A stretch of 64,000 nucleotides of DNA from an uncultured delta proteobacterium. Its GTDB lineage: Bacteria > Desulfobacterota > Desulfomonilia > Desulfomonilales > Desulfomonilaceae. Where the stretch lies: positions 224,001 to 288,000 of the forward strand of contig CAWBKB010000007.1 in the NCBI GenBank assembly GCA_963789265.1, in the 5' to 3' direction. Position numbers and translations under genes: made by a program. Positions 8,972-18,497 of this stretch are shown here, piece by piece. Numbering within the stretch: the first letter of the stretch is position 1; each line of letters begins with the position of its first letter. The notes below the pieces were generated by a model. It was not told where the DNA came from. It worked only from the letters and a program-made list of their open reading frames with translations, and searched no databases.

Positions 8972-9053
8972 TTTTCTCGTTCCCAGGCTCCGCCTCGCCT
9001 TTGACTGCTAAATGAAGGCGATTTGCGGGCAGAGCCCGGGAACCAGAATAAAA
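8972..9053. repeat. Family A REP element, internally deleted direct copy of 7269-7409
   Basis: Shares cctttgactgctaaatgaaggcgatttgcgggcagagccc exactly, plus both ends. Confidence 0.85.
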
Positions 9054-9123
9054 AACGATCCCATAGCTGTCTCGAAGGGAAAAGAGACCAAACCTCCGTC
9101 CTAGTGAGACAGAAGGGAGAGCT

Positions 9124-9157
9124 AAACAATAGGGGCATCACGATGCCCCTATTGTTT
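9124..9157. terminator. Perfect 16-bp-stem hairpin, candidate bidirectional terminator
   Basis: aaacaataggggcatc-ac-gatgcccctattgttt, followed by T residues, between convergent units. Confidence 0.6.
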
Positions 9158-9175
9158 TTCTGATTTCAAATTAGG

Positions 9176-9598
9176 AATTCCGGGTACACCATACTCAATT
9201 CCCTTTGGCGATTCCTTTTGGTCCGGGTTTCCATCTATACAATACTTTGGCAGGCTCTTCTTCCAGCCGACTTATGAAATCTTCCATTTGTTTGTCAATT
9301 AAGTATGGCGTACCCAGGATTAGGCGTGAAATTACAGCGGGCACCGCTACAAAATGAACATGCTTCGGCATGAGACAGTGCGCCCAAATCTCCACGTGAA
9401 GCTTCCTGCGCCGTTGAGCCATCAGATCGATATAGGCGCCGTAATCTTCATGACGAAAAAAGGTCAGCAGTCTGCGATTGCCTCGCTGTGTGACATGATG
9501 AGGCATTCCCGGCGCCACGACTCGTGCTACTTGACCCATAAGCGTGTCTCAGAGAATCAGACTCGTTTGGCCTAATTAGGTATGGTGTATCCGGAACT
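9176..9598 (-). mobile_element. Internally deleted REP-associated tyrosine transposase (RAYT/Y1) with flanking REP-like motifs
   Basis: ORF 9195-9539 reads MGQVARVVAPGMPHHVTQRGNRR...CLMPKHVH (HUH) fused to the KPGPK C-terminus. The ~25-bp motif occurs at 9176 (-), 9297 (+) and 9574 (+). Confidence 0.85.
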
Positions 9599-9634
9599 CC
9601 GCGATGCATCCATGAAGAGCCCAAGAGATCTTTC

Positions 9635-10105
9635 TTAGCGCCCCCTCTTAGGTTCCGGAATGATTTTGGGCAAATACCGGAAATTCTCCGGTTTGGCAAC
9701 GCCTGCATCCGGACTATCCGGACCAGCAGCACCAAAAGGATAGGACTCTACGCCCAACTGCGACGGCAAAGAAGCGGGCGGTGGGCCCGGCGGTGGAGGC
9801 GCTGGAAGTAACGCCTCACCAGCTTTCAGTTCCGCTATGACATCTTTTGGAATCGGCACTGGAGAGTTCGCATTCAGCATATCTACCGCCCATGCGCGGA
9901 GTCCAGGAGTCAGCTTCTTCGGGTCCTTCTCTGTCAATACCGAGACAGCTAGTCTCACATAGTCCCGGTTTAGATTGCGTGCTGCTAGTGTTTCCTGCCC
10001 AATCCATCCCAGAATCGCTATCACTGTGGGAATTGCAACCAGAGAAAGCACTTTGGCTGGGGTCTCGATTCTTTCCCAGAAGCTTTCTTTTGGGTTGTCG
10101 CTCAT
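9635..10105 (-). CDS. Hypothetical protein with one TM helix and a Pro-rich tail
   Basis: 156-aa ORF; AAAGGGG RBS; hydrophobic segment near residues 19-34. Confidence 0.6.
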   Translation of the reverse strand: MSDNPKESFWERIETPAKVLSLVAIPTVIAILGWIGQETLAARNLNRDYVRLAVSVLTEKDPKKLTPGLRAWAVDMLNANSPVPIPKDVIAELKAGEALLPAPPPPGPPPASLPSQLGVESYPFGAAGPDSPDAGVAKPENFRYLPKIIPEPKRGR

Positions 10106-10138
10106 GAGGGCCCCTTTTTAGCAGTGTCTGAATTCTTG

Positions 10139-11503
10139 CTATTGTTTTGCCTTTTCATAGCATGGAGGTTCGCGCGTGGAGCGCGCGGTCGTGATTTTCA
10201 CGGGGTTGTCGTGTACGCCGGGCTCGCGCGAAATTCTGGGTATAAAATATGAGCGCCTCGCCTCAGTCAGCATGTCGGAAAATGTGATGGTCTTCTTTCC
10301 GAAATACCAAGGGGCTCGTTGGAACAGTGGAACCCTTCCCATTCTGAATTGGGTAACAAACCAGAGCACCAAGAGAGAATAGGCCCAATAGGCGATCAGA
10401 GCAGCCCGAGTGACGGATCTTTCTCGTCGGCACTGGGGGTCGGCGCTTCCCAGAAGGCTCTTCGTTTCCCGGTTGGTAATTTCCGTGCTCCATCTGTGTG
10501 AGTATCTCTCAACTACCTCTTGGTCATGGGCTTGGCTATCAGTGTCGAAGAATGCCGTGTCAGGGTATTTGCCACAGGGATCACGGACCAAGACAACGGT
10601 GAGGGGTTCATTGCCGGCCGCACCGTGCCAGATGGCGTCGAATTGAAACAGTCCCACGATGGTCTCTTTCCCGTAAAGGCGGGTCCAGATCCATTCCCAT
10701 TGGATCCCGGTATGCCTGAAGAGAGTCGGGAGAGAAACCAGCCGTGCACCCTTCTGCCTTGGGCGGCCCCTGGTCTTGGGTCGGTCGGGCTCCACGAGGT
10801 CGTACAGCGCAGCGTTCCGAGGCAACTTACCGGTGATGTGAACACCCTTGTGTCGCCTCTTGAGCAGCTTCTTGTTTGAGTACCCTCCGTCGACGATGAC
10901 TCGAAGCCTCATGGAAGGGCCAAGCCACGAACGTGTCAACTCAACCAAGTCGGCAGCCAATTCCGATTTTGACCTGTACGTGCTGCCATGAGGTTTGATT
11001 TTGGCCTTCTCAGGCCACCACAGACGGGCAGCATACGGCAGGCAAAAGACCCTTTCGGAGATGCCCGGCAAACGCACGGCTACTCCTATGATTACAAAGC
11101 AAACCCCATATCCGATGGGCTTGCCGCCCTTGGGAGCGTCGCCGTCATGTTGGAATCCCGCCCCGCAGATCTTCTGGCCCACTCGAGGATTCAGGGTATC
11201 GTCCACAATAGTCTCCACCTCGGAGGCGTCCGGCAAGAGCGTTTCCACGATCATCCTGAAGACCTTAAAGGCCACTTTGTCCGGGTCCCATCCGGCCCTC
11301 ATCAGGAATTTGTACACGCTTGCGAAGTGCTCCGACTCATGGAGCCCCATCGTGAGAATTACTTGACTGACAGTGTGCGTCCCAACGGTGAGCACCCACC
11401 CTGTTATCAGCACGACAAAGTGCCGGAGACTCGGCTCCGTGAAGCAATCCTTGAAACGGATCTTGTCAATCTCAAACGGCTGTGGCACATTCCGCTTGGC
11501 CAT
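10139..11503 (-). CDS. DDE transposase (DDE_5-like)
   Basis: 454 aa with VDDT, VDGGY and Y..RW.TE...RE.K..LG motifs; the stop codon lies in the terminal IR. Confidence 0.9.
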   Translation of the reverse strand: MAKRNVPQPFEIDKIRFKDCFTEPSLRHFVVLITGWVLTVGTHTVSQVILTMGLHESEHFASVYKFLMRAGWDPDKVAFKVFRMIVETLLPDASEVETIVDDTLNPRVGQKICGAGFQHDGDAPKGGKPIGYGVCFVIIGVAVRLPGISERVFCLPYAARLWWPEKAKIKPHGSTYRSKSELAADLVELTRSWLGPSMRLRVIVDGGYSNKKLLKRRHKGVHITGKLPRNAALYDLVEPDRPKTRGRPRQKGARLVSLPTLFRHTGIQWEWIWTRLYGKETIVGLFQFDAIWHGAAGNEPLTVVLVRDPCGKYPDTAFFDTDSQAHDQEVVERYSHRWSTEITNRETKSLLGSADPQCRRERSVTRAALIAYWAYSLLVLWFVTQFRMGRVPLFQRAPWYFGKKTITFSDMLTEARRSYFIPRISREPGVHDNPVKITTARSTREPPCYEKAKQ

Positions 11504-11615
11504 CGGCGTTCCTCCCCCTGTTTGTTTCCAAACCGTCTATGGCAGGAACGCCGATCATTTTCAACCGTTTCCCGTGACATATCCACATATTGAGTCGAAA
11601 AAGGCAAAACTATAG
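10139..11615 (-). mobile_element. Complete insertion sequence (IS701/IS4-like DDE), 1477 bp
   Basis: Terminal IRs ctattgttttgcctttt and aaaaggcaaaactatag (1 mismatch in 17). 7-bp direct repeat ATTCTTG at 10132-10138 and 11616-11622. Confidence 0.9.
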
Positions 11616-11680
11616 ATTCTTGGGACACCTTACTTAATTCTCAGACCGCCGCTCCAATTCGGTATGGTGCCCTCGTAATC
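11615..11680. repeat. Short inverted doublet of the RAYT-associated 25-bp motif
   Basis: gattcttgggacaccttacttaatt (-) and aattcggtatggtgccctcgtaatc (+). Confidence 0.65.
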
Positions 11681-11712
11681 TCCCCGGCGGTGGGGCACAT
11701 GTGTATAGGTGT

Positions 11713-12186
11713 TCAGGTTCTGAGCTTATCCAAGAGTTCACCTGCGCTGCAGGCGGCTTCATCAAATGCCGAAATAACAGCTTCAACTTCTGCTGCTGGC
11801 CACTGCATGTCAGACAGCGGTTTTGATAGGCTGGTCTGATAGGCGAGTATCTGTGCGCCACCTGAGTCAGTGCTTGGGTGCGCATGAATCAGTGCATTGC
11901 GCCGAATAATTAGATCGCTGAATTTCTCGAGGCAGTCTGTCAGTTCTTCTTGAGTCACCTTGGTAAAGCTGGTCGCTGGATTACCGATTACATCGCGAAG
12001 GTGGTCCCGTACCGCTCCAGAAGTCATTGTCTTAACTCGGCAGTACTCACCGAGAAAACCGTTGTCCAGTAATTCTATGATGCAGATAATAGTCCACTCA
12101 TAGTACGCAAACACATACACGGCTTTGCCGACAAGAGCGGCATATTGGTCGTCCACGGGCACTCGGGTCGTGCTGTTAAGTGGCAT
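11713..12186 (-). CDS. Hypothetical protein, HEPN-like (RxxxxH)
   Basis: All-helical looking 157 aa with RNALIH; GGAGG upstream of ATG 12186. Confidence 0.55.
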   Translation of the reverse strand: MPLNSTTRVPVDDQYAALVGKAVYVFAYYEWTIICIIELLDNGFLGEYCRVKTMTSGAVRDHLRDVIGNPATSFTKVTQEELTDCLEKFSDLIIRRNALIHAHPSTDSGGAQILAYQTSLSKPLSDMQWPAAEVEAVISAFDEAACSAGELLDKLRT

Positions 12187-12339
12187 CGTTACAGCCTCCC
12201 GTAACATGGAGTAAGATTCATCGAAAAAGATCGAGGCGCACAATACCATTATTGTGTTTACATGTCAGAGGTTTTTTCTTGCCACTGTTTTATATCATCG
12301 GCAAATCCACCGGCAGCCGCAACCGAAAAAAGCAATAGC

Positions 12340-12535
12340 TCACCGCAGAGAACGCGGAGGGCGCAGAGAAGAAGGGTAGCTTGTTCAGCGCCACGAGAGT
12401 GGCCGGGGCGCACAATTAAGCCGGAATTGCGCCTTCCGCGTCTCGGTGGATTACAGACTAGAATTTGCTATGCTCCATCGGATAGACGTGCGGCGAAATC
12501 AGAATTATCCGCGTTCTCTGCGCGCTCTGCGGTGA
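12340..12535. repeat. ~196-bp MITE-like element with TCACCGCAGAG..CGCGGAG inverted ends
   Basis: Has inverted termini, and its interior aligns with the reverse complement of 34257-34452. Confidence 0.8.
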
Positions 12536-12635
12536 ACCCTGGAGCGTCTCACCCGACGATAATTGACTTTCTTGCCAATCCAAAATAGTCTGCCAAGACT
12601 GGCTTATCATGCCGGATTTTTTTTCGGAGTACAGA

Positions 12636-12836
12636 ATGGAACGCAAGAACTGCTGGGAGTTTACAAAGTGTGGACGAGAGAAGGAATGTCCCGCATACCC
12701 GAAACATGGCCGTAACTGTTTTGCCGTCACCGGGTCCATGTGTAGAGGCCAAAAGCAAGGCACTTATGACGAAAAGATAGCGAAGTGCAGAGAACTTTGT
12801 GATTTCTACAAAGAGATGATGGAAGGCAAAGCGTAA
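12636..12836 (+). CDS. Small Cys-rich two-CW domain protein
   Basis: KNCWEF.KCGRE..CPAYP..GR.C....G..C.G..QG....K...C...CDFY. Confidence 0.75.
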   Translation: MERKNCWEFTKCGREKECPAYPKHGRNCFAVTGSMCRGQKQGTYDEKIAKCRELCDFYKEMMEGKA

Positions 12837-12930
12837 GATACGGGCAACGGGACAAGCCATCTACCCGAGTCCGTTGCCAGCCATTCCCACGTCAGATTAA
12901 CCGGTCAAGTCACAGTGGAGAGAATTTGCA

Positions 12931-14043
12931 ATGCGCAAATCGACCGCCAGACGTGCAAGAGCCGCAAACAGGTCTTCGGCAGCCCGCATCAGTGCGAAAC
13001 GATCCAAAAAGATCGGCCTGCCGCCGGGCACGCTCGTGCATGTGGGGGAGAAGTTCGGCGAGAAAGTCAGAGTTTCTGTAATCGACTACGATGAAACATC
13101 TTGCCGGCAAAGGGAAGTTACCAATATCTCCGATCTGGCGCCATTTAGAGACAGCCCTGCCACGACCTGGATCAATATCGACGGAATCCACGACATGGCC
13201 ACCATTGAGGCGATCGGCGGTCTGTTTCATTTGCATCCTCTTGTGCTTGAAGATATTGTCAACGCGACTCAGCGACCGAAGATAGACGAAGCCGGTGATT
13301 ACGTCTTCATGGTTTTGAGAGTCCTCGATTATTGTGAAGAATCGGACGAGATAACTTGCAGGCAATTGAGCCTGATCCTCGGTTCTACTTTTTTGCTCTC
13401 CTTCCAGGAGGAGGCAGGAGACCTGTTCAATCCGGTCAAGGAAAGAATAAAAGGCGGCTCGGGCCGTGTCAGGAAGAACGGCCCGGATTACCTAACGTAC
13501 TGCCTAATTGATACTGTCGTAGACAACTATTTTGCCATCCTGGACAAGCTCTCCGAAAAGATAGAATTGCTGGAAGAAGAGGTGGTAACAAACCCGGGGC
13601 GTGAAACCTTGCAGGCAATCCACAAGTTAAAGACCGACATGGTCTATCTGCGCAAGTCAATATGGCCTTTAAGAGAGGTAATCAACGTGTTGGGACGAGA
13701 AGATTCGGCCCTGATCAAGGATTCCACACAACCATACCTCAAGGACGTTTACGATCACACGATTCATGCTATTGATACAACGGAGACATTTAGAGATATA
13801 GTTTCTGGCATGCTGGACATATATTTATCGAGTGTAAGCAATAGGCTCAATGAAATCATGAAAGTTCTGACAATTATTGCAACGATTTTCATACCTTTGT
13901 CCTTTTTATGCGGATGGTACGGAATGAATTTCAAGAACATGCCCGAATATGGCTGGCGCTGGGGATATCCTATGGTAATCGGCATCGCGCTTGCTATTGT
14001 GGCTTCCATGCTCATTTATTTTAGACGTAAGAATTGGTTGTGA
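12931..14043 (+). CDS. corA: Magnesium/cobalt transporter CorA
   Basis: GLPPGTL, HPLVLEDI..QRPK, YGMNF..MPE, and two C-terminal TM helices. Confidence 0.97.
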   Translation: MRKSTARRARAANRSSAARISAKRSKKIGLPPGTLVHVGEKFGEKVRVSVIDYDETSCRQREVTNISDLAPFRDSPATTWINIDGIHDMATIEAIGGLFHLHPLVLEDIVNATQRPKIDEAGDYVFMVLRVLDYCEESDEITCRQLSLILGSTFLLSFQEEAGDLFNPVKERIKGGSGRVRKNGPDYLTYCLIDTVVDNYFAILDKLSEKIELLEEEVVTNPGRETLQAIHKLKTDMVYLRKSIWPLREVINVLGREDSALIKDSTQPYLKDVYDHTIHAIDTTETFRDIVSGMLDIYLSSVSNRLNEIMKVLTIIATIFIPLSFLCGWYGMNFKNMPEYGWRWGYPMVIGIALAIVASMLIYFRRKNWL

Positions 14044-14060
14044 TGTCGATTCGCATTCAG

Positions 14061-14104
14061 AATCCCCCCGTCCCCACTTTACTAAAGGGGGGTTAGAGGG
14101 GATT
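14061..14104. repeat. ATCCCC...CCC..TTT..AAAGGGG REP-like palindrome
   Basis: aatccccccgtccccactttactaaaggggggttagaggggatt; a related sequence lies at 19430-19535. Confidence 0.5.
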
Positions 14105-14263
14105 TTCTTACAATTTTGAAAGCGAATCGGTGTGAATCGTCTGTTCTTCGGCAATCCTTCGGTTTGGAACTGTCAATTCAATGCCCCTGCTTCCCTGACC
14201 GGCCGTGTTGACAATGCCTTGCACGGCGGTAATAATCAGAATTCTGAATGTCCGGAGGACATA

Positions 14264-14774
14264 ATGAACGTATTGTCTTGCCTGTATCTTGGCGTGCTCG
14301 GATCTCTTCTTTTTGCCGCGACCGCGTCCGCTGGGAACAAGCAGGTGGTGGGTTGGGTGGAAAAAGCCCGAATTTCACCGGGCAACATTGTTCTCTGCAG
14401 CCAAAATGGACAGCGGCGCGGACAATTCGTCATTGAACGTCCCGGATTTTACCGAGTTCGAGCGCAACGGCGAAAAATGGGTTCGATTCGAGTTGGTCAG
14501 CGATAATGGGCATAACACAGTGATTGAACGCAAGTTGGTGCGAGTGGCTAAGATAAAACGCCACGGAGGCTCGCGTCAGAAAAGACCGGTCGTCCTCATG
14601 GGAATTTGCGTTGGCAACTACTACAGGCAGGTTGAAGTGAATCTCGTGGACCGAAGCAATTTCAAATATCCTTTGCTCATCGGCCGCAGCTTCATGCAGG
14701 ACAAGATACTAATAGATCCATACGTGCAGTATACCCTGGAGCCCGCGTGCGAGGAGCGACAAGGCGTTGAATAA
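14264..14774 (+). CDS. RimK-associated retropepsin-like (so-called ATP-dependent zinc) protease, frameshift near 14400
   Basis: Signal peptide plus VVGWVE in one frame; AKMDSGADNSSL...RPVV...EVNLVDRSNFKYPLLIGR in the next. Confidence 0.85.
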
Positions 14775-16302
14775 ACTTCATCTCTACTTGTTGGCCTTGA
14801 TCCTCGCGGCCCTTGGCCTGGGGCTCTTTTTCTACAAGGCTTATGTTCTCGGATTTCCTCTGGTGCCCCGGACCAAAGTCCGAGTATGGAACGTCGAGGC
14901 ACGGATCGATTTTGTTGCTAAGAACAAACCTGTCAAAGTGTCAATGTTTATCCCCAACAGCACGAAACGGTTCGCTATTGCAGACGAACACTTCATCTCC
15001 AGCGGCTATGGGCTCGTAGCCTCAGCGGAATCCGGCAATCGCAAGGCGGTATGGTCGATCCGCCAGGCCCGTGGAAAGCAACGCATTTATTATCAGGCCG
15101 TCGTGCGCGCAGTGCGTACCAAGGCCCAGGGAATAGAAGAGGAAAAGCCGGAAGCGATCACTCCCGGCTTTGCGGGCTCTCATCTGCATGCGGCCAAATC
15201 TCTGGTGGCCGAAATAAAGGCCAAGTCCGCGGATACTCACACCTTCGTGGCCGGACTAATAAAGAGGCTCAACGACCCTAAGCCCGCCGGCAATGTGACC
15301 TTGCTCTTAGGGCCTAAGCCCACTATTCGGACTAAGGTGGAGGTGGCAACACAGCTTCTGGCATACGACGGTGTACCCGCGAGAGTGGTACAAGGCATCC
15401 GTCTTCAGGAAGAAAAACACGATTTCTTCAGGAAAACTAATTTACTAAATTGGTTGGAGGTTTATGACCAGAGCAAATGGCTCTCCTTCGATCCATTACG
15501 CGGGAAGACTCCTGTGCCGAAGGACTGGCTTCGCTGGTGGAGCGGACCGCAGAATCTTGTTTCTCTGAAAGGCGGTAGTAAACTCCAATCGATAGTATCG
15601 GTGAGCCCAAAGGTGGAAGAGGGGATCACCGTAGCAGTCTCGCACGGAGAAATTTCCAAGCCGCTCCTGCTGAAGTTTTCTCTCTTCAGCCTCCCGGTGA
15701 ATACTCAAGCCGTATATCGCATCATGCTCCTGGTGCCTCTTGGGGCATTTGTCGTGGTAATACTGCGCAATATTGTGGGAATTAAAACTTTCGGAACCTT
15801 TATGCCGGTGCTGATTGCCCTTGCATTCCGGGATTCAGGTCTCTTGTGGGGGATTTTCCTCTTCATAGTGGTAGTGGCCGTGGGGCTGGCCATTCGATTT
15901 TACATGGAACGCCTCAAATTGCTGCTCGTACCCAGGCTCGCCGCGGTCCTCACGGTTGTGGTCCTGTTGCTCGCGGCACTGAGCATCTTGACTCACGGCC
16001 TGGGGATGCACCGCGGCCTTTCCGTGGCCCTCTTTCCCATGGTGATTCTAACTATGACCATCGAAAGAATGTCCATCGTGTGGGAGGAACGGGGTCCGGC
16101 AGAAGCGCTTGTGGCAGGATTCGGCAGCCTGATGACCGCGGCTCTCGCGTTCCTAATCATGAACGCAAAATTTGTGGAGCATCTGGTGTTTGTGTTTCCT
16201 GAACTGCTGCTGGTCCTTTTGGCTGCTATCGTGCTCCTGGGACGATATTCAGGCTATCGTTTGATGGACATCTACCGATTCCGCGTAATGGCCAAAGGGT
16301 AA
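14767..16302 (+). CDS. Inactive transglutaminase family protein with 7TM domain
   Basis: GVPARVVQGI.L, followed by LRNIVGIKTFGTFMPVLIALAF and ALFPMVILTMTIERMSI.WEE.G. Confidence 0.92.
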   Translation: MNKLHLYLLALILAALGLGLFFYKAYVLGFPLVPRTKVRVWNVEARIDFVAKNKPVKVSMFIPNSTKRFAIADEHFISSGYGLVASAESGNRKAVWSIRQARGKQRIYYQAVVRAVRTKAQGIEEEKPEAITPGFAGSHLHAAKSLVAEIKAKSADTHTFVAGLIKRLNDPKPAGNVTLLLGPKPTIRTKVEVATQLLAYDGVPARVVQGIRLQEEKHDFFRKTNLLNWLEVYDQSKWLSFDPLRGKTPVPKDWLRWWSGPQNLVSLKGGSKLQSIVSVSPKVEEGITVAVSHGEISKPLLLKFSLFSLPVNTQAVYRIMLLVPLGAFVVVILRNIVGIKTFGTFMPVLIALAFRDSGLLWGIFLFIVVVAVGLAIRFYMERLKLLLVPRLAAVLTVVVLLLAALSILTHGLGMHRGLSVALFPMVILTMTIERMSIVWEERGPAEALVAGFGSLMTAALAFLIMNAKFVEHLVFVFPELLLVLLAAIVLLGRYSGYRLMDIYRFRVMAKG

Positions 16303-16307
16303 GAGCC

Positions 16308-17264
16308 GTGTTCCAAATTATTAAAGCGTTCAGAAAAAAAGGTGTAATGGCCATAAATAAGCGGAATGCAGACTACACGTTGAAATACAATCCACGCAGG
16401 CTGTATCCGCTTGTTGACGATAAATTGCGCACGAAACAACTCGCTCAAATGAACGGTATCGCAGTTCCCGACTTGTATGCCGTGATCGAGGTGCCGGGGC
16501 AGGTCCGAGCATTACCCGAGAAACTCAAGGAGTTTTCCGATTTCGTAATTAAGCCGGCTCACGGAAGTGGCGGAGAAGGGATTTTGGTCATCTCGGACCG
16601 TCTAAATGACAGGCTCAGGAAACCTGATGGAGTTATCATTACCTGGGACGAACTGCATCACCACGTACTTAATGTGCTGAGCGGGTTATACAGCCTGGGG
16701 GGCCAACCCGATCAAGCTCTGGTGGAGTATTACGTCCAATTCGCGCCGGTGTTCGAAAAAATCAGCTATCAGGGTGTACCGGATATTCGCATCATTGTGT
16801 TCATGGGGGTTCCGGTCATGTCCATGGTCCGCCTTCCGACGCGTATGTCGGACGGGAAAGCCAATCTGCACCAGGGCGCATTAGGAGCGGGAATCGATAT
16901 GGCCACAGGGACTACTTTGAGTGCTGTCCTGGGTAATGAGATAGTCTCCGATCATCCGGACACCGGCCACCCTGTAACCGGCGTGACCATTCCTCACTGG
17001 GACGACCTACTGAACCTGGCTGCTCGGTGCTTTGAATTGACCGGCCTGGGATATCAGGGGGTCGATATCGTCCTGGACCGAGACAAGGGGCCTCTTATTC
17101 TCGAACTGAATGCTCGACCCGGCCTCAATATTCAGATAGCAAACAATGCCGGTCTTTTGTTGCGACTGGAACTTGTGGAGCGGTGTCATTTCGAATTGCA
17201 GACGGTTGAGGAGCGTGTCGCATTCGCGAAGCGCCGGTTCGACGTTGCCGGTACAGGCCTATAG
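16308..17264 (+). CDS. Alpha-L-glutamate ligase-like ATP-grasp protein
   Basis: NPRRLYPLVDDKL.TK, FVIKPAHGSGGEGI, GVPDIRII, GKANLHQG, LELNARPGLNIQIAN. Confidence 0.95.
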   Translation: MFQIIKAFRKKGVMAINKRNADYTLKYNPRRLYPLVDDKLRTKQLAQMNGIAVPDLYAVIEVPGQVRALPEKLKEFSDFVIKPAHGSGGEGILVISDRLNDRLRKPDGVIITWDELHHHVLNVLSGLYSLGGQPDQALVEYYVQFAPVFEKISYQGVPDIRIIVFMGVPVMSMVRLPTRMSDGKANLHQGALGAGIDMATGTTLSAVLGNEIVSDHPDTGHPVTGVTIPHWDDLLNLAARCFELTGLGYQGVDIVLDRDKGPLILELNARPGLNIQIANNAGLLLRLELVERCHFELQTVEERVAFAKRRFDVAGTGL

Positions 17265-18332
17265 GGGACAATGGCATTAGCTCGCGGCGACCCCACGCCT
17301 CGCGGGATGCCTACACCGACCCCGGATCGGAATCCCGGCCCATCCGGTGAAACGCGAGCCGAACCGGAGGAAGATTTAGGCGTCTCCGATGAGGATTGCC
17401 ACTTAACATTATTCCGAGTCACGCCGCCCGCGATATGAGCCGGTTCGCGAAAGTGCCCGGACGAGATTCGATTCAGATGTGCTGTAACCCTTCGACGGGC
17501 CAGTTTCAATGCTGACAGGTGCGGACGAGCGGCCGGCTTGCGAACCGCTGCACCGACCTTGGTTCTTGTAACTGTCGGCAGCATTTTGCGAGGACCTATC
17601 TTCTCACCTTGGGCTGAGGGCCTAGCCCAACTTCGTCCCGGTCCGGCAGCTAATGTGCTTCTGTTTCGGTGTCCTCCAACCGGACAGACATTCGCTTCAT
17701 TGAAGCCCAGATTCTGAAAGTCAACGCCTATATCAATCCGGTAGACATGTCGCGGTTGGGTTCTCTTTGCTGCTTTCAGAAACAATCACACCGTTCTCTT
17801 CTTCAACAGATTTTATCAGGAGGGTTGAACCGGCACCGTGAGTGACGAACCGGGGCTTTTGACGAGGGGCGGCAACGGCCTGCTTTTCATTGGTTCTTAC
17901 ATTCTTGGCCGGGGTCTGGGCTCGCGGTTCCGGCTGCCATTCTCCGAGAAGAACAATCAAGTAGTTGTCTATCTGATGAAGCTTGTGATCGGGAACCGGG
18001 GCTCCCCCAAAATCCAATACCACCTGAGCCCCATTGCCGGATTTGGCAATCCGGACCCGGAGCGCCGAGTTCCTTTCGAGTCCGATGATTTGCGGCGCCG
18101 GTGGTACGGTCGCTCCGGGAACATCTATCACTAATCTTGACGGCCGACTCATCTCCGAAGCAGTTGGGACACCGGTCCTTGCCTCTGTTTTTATGGCTAC
18201 TCGTCGCAAATCGGAAGAGACGCTCACTTCAGTTATAGAATTTGCAGCCAATATATTGGAAGTCCAAAATAAAGAGCATAGGCAAGATGCGACGAAAACA
18301 ATCGGAATTCGGAATTGGTTCCGGGCGATCAC
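17265..18332 (-). CDS. Secreted AMIN-domain-like protein, frameshift near 17785, 3' end uncertain
   Basis: Signal peptide, PSRLVIDVPGA and VRIA.....QVVLDF; appears to continue in ORF 17186-17785. Confidence 0.55.
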
Positions 18333-18497
18333 GGCAACCTCACATGGCTTGGGCAGCCCCAGGACAGCTAAGCTTGCCGAGATACTATCATAAACTTCAG
18401 GGATTAGTCAAATAATATGGTGAAATACATTATACTGTCTATTGATATTATTGCAAGAACTGGCGTTTAAAAGGTGTGTTCCTGGGCAGGTCCCTAA

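Noticed and set aside
2326..11680. CRISPR array or integron attC array
   Set aside because: The repeats are degenerate, irregularly spaced and in both orientations; there is no cas or intI gene and no attC core sites were seen.
4357..12200. Prophage
   Set aside because: Only a capsid-like gene is present; no terminase, portal, tail, integrase or lysis genes are recognisable. A heavily deleted relic cannot be fully excluded.
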